Below are positions 63,147 to 64,000 of a stretch of DNA of 64,000 bases, piece by piece. This DNA comes from Chiloscyllium plagiosum (Eukaryota): contig NC_057718.1 in NCBI RefSeq assembly GCF_004010195.1, positions 4,165,775 to 4,229,774 of the forward strand, read 5' to 3'. The notes under the pieces are model-generated. The model had not been told where the DNA came from and searched no databases. It was given only the letters and a program-made list of their open reading frames with translations. Within the stretch, counting starts at the first letter, position 1. Every line of letters begins with the position of its first letter. A program made the position numbers and the translations under genes.

Positions 63147-63285
63147 TTCTGGATTAGTGGTGCTGGAAGAGCACCGCAGTTCAGGCAGCACGACTGCTCC
63201 TCGGATGCTGCCTGAACTGCTGTGCTCTTCCAGCACCACTAATCCAGAATCTGGTTTCCAGCATCTGCAGTCATTGTTTTTATCT
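63147..63285. mobile_element. Fold-back Penelope-like fragment with 15-bp TSD inside the Gypsy 5' LTR
   Basis: ATAACAGTCCCAATA at 63132-63146 and 63286-63300; 44-bp inverted arms. Confidence 0.75.
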
Positions 63286-64000
63286 ATAACAGTCCCAATA
63301 AGCAAACTCCCTTTAAAAAAGTTAAAATGGAAAAAATGCTTACAGGTTGAAGTTAGAAGGGCAGAAGGAGAGAGAATTTTGCAGCCTGATTTCACACAAC
63401 TGAACTCCAAATTAGTTCCGAACGGAACTGCCCAGCTAGAGAGCTAACCACCCCCCTTTCAATAGACAGATCACTTCTAAAACATGACCACTTTGGCCTG
63501 AAGTCTCATCTATTTACATACAAACAAAAAAGGCTTCTCAATACACTTTATTCTCTGTACCAAACCAGTCTAATCAGAGGCAGGAGAGTTTTATGACCCC
63601 TCTGAAAGAAAACCAAGGACACAGTATCCTTGAGAAAAGGAACAGCTTTTAGCAAAACCAGACCAGCTTTATGACACATCCACTGGGATTGAGTTATTTG
63701 CTGATGAATTATTTTCACTGTGAGTTATTGTAAATGGTTTGGCCACAGTTAAATGATATCAAGATACAGTTTGAGGCACTGGATGCTGCAAAGGCTATGG
63801 TCGCTGACACCAAAGTGTCCAACTTGTGAACCCTTGCACACCAGAACTTGCTGCACCCATAGCCAAGCTGTTCCAGTACAGTTACAACCCTGGCATCGAC
63901 ATTGATCCCATGTCGATTTCAACAACTCCTCAACTCACCTTCCCCTACCTTATCACAGATACAACCCTCCAACTCAGCATGACCCTCTTGAAATGCCCTA

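Larger units (their letters stand above)
58021..63676 (-). mobile_element. Gmr1-type Gypsy LTR retrotransposon (gag-PR-IN-RT-RH order), degenerate
   Basis: LTRs at about 58021-58640 and 62882-63676; minus-strand order gag (62725), integrase (61061-60304, FGHEVRGP), RT (VPKPDGTQQLCVDYHKVN, YIDD), then FLGLSGFYQRF; purine tract next to the 3' LTR; flanks rejoin a sequence that is continuous at 13010-13040. Confidence 0.9.

Overview
Vertebrate genomic DNA, almost certainly from a shark: HE1-type SINEs with (TAATC)n tails, abundant CR1 LINEs, Tx1, Penelope-like and Gmr1-type Gypsy elements, and four N gaps. Hidden among the repeats is a tandemly duplicated, multi-exon Ig-superfamily receptor locus on the + strand that the ORF track shows only in fragments. 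Gene B appears complete: leader exon (15466-15517), six germline-joined VJ-type exons (V1, V3, V5 intact; V2 truncated; V4, V6 disabled), a TM exon (48674-48793) and short cytoplasmic exons encoding a YENV motif plus an intron-split ITAM (YTTL-x7-YSDL). Splicing only the intact exons gives an open 461-aa type I membrane protein. The 3' half of a paralog (gene A, 2235-10469) has polar residues in its TM and a stop codon before the ITAM. Further copies of the upstream block at 54-64 kb point to more paralogs beyond the window. No RSS flank the V exons, so these are non-rearranging, antigen-receptor-like receptors. V1 and V3 differ almost only at amino-acid-changing sites. All exon models were read by eye from splice signals, reading frame and paralog comparison; no transcript evidence is available.
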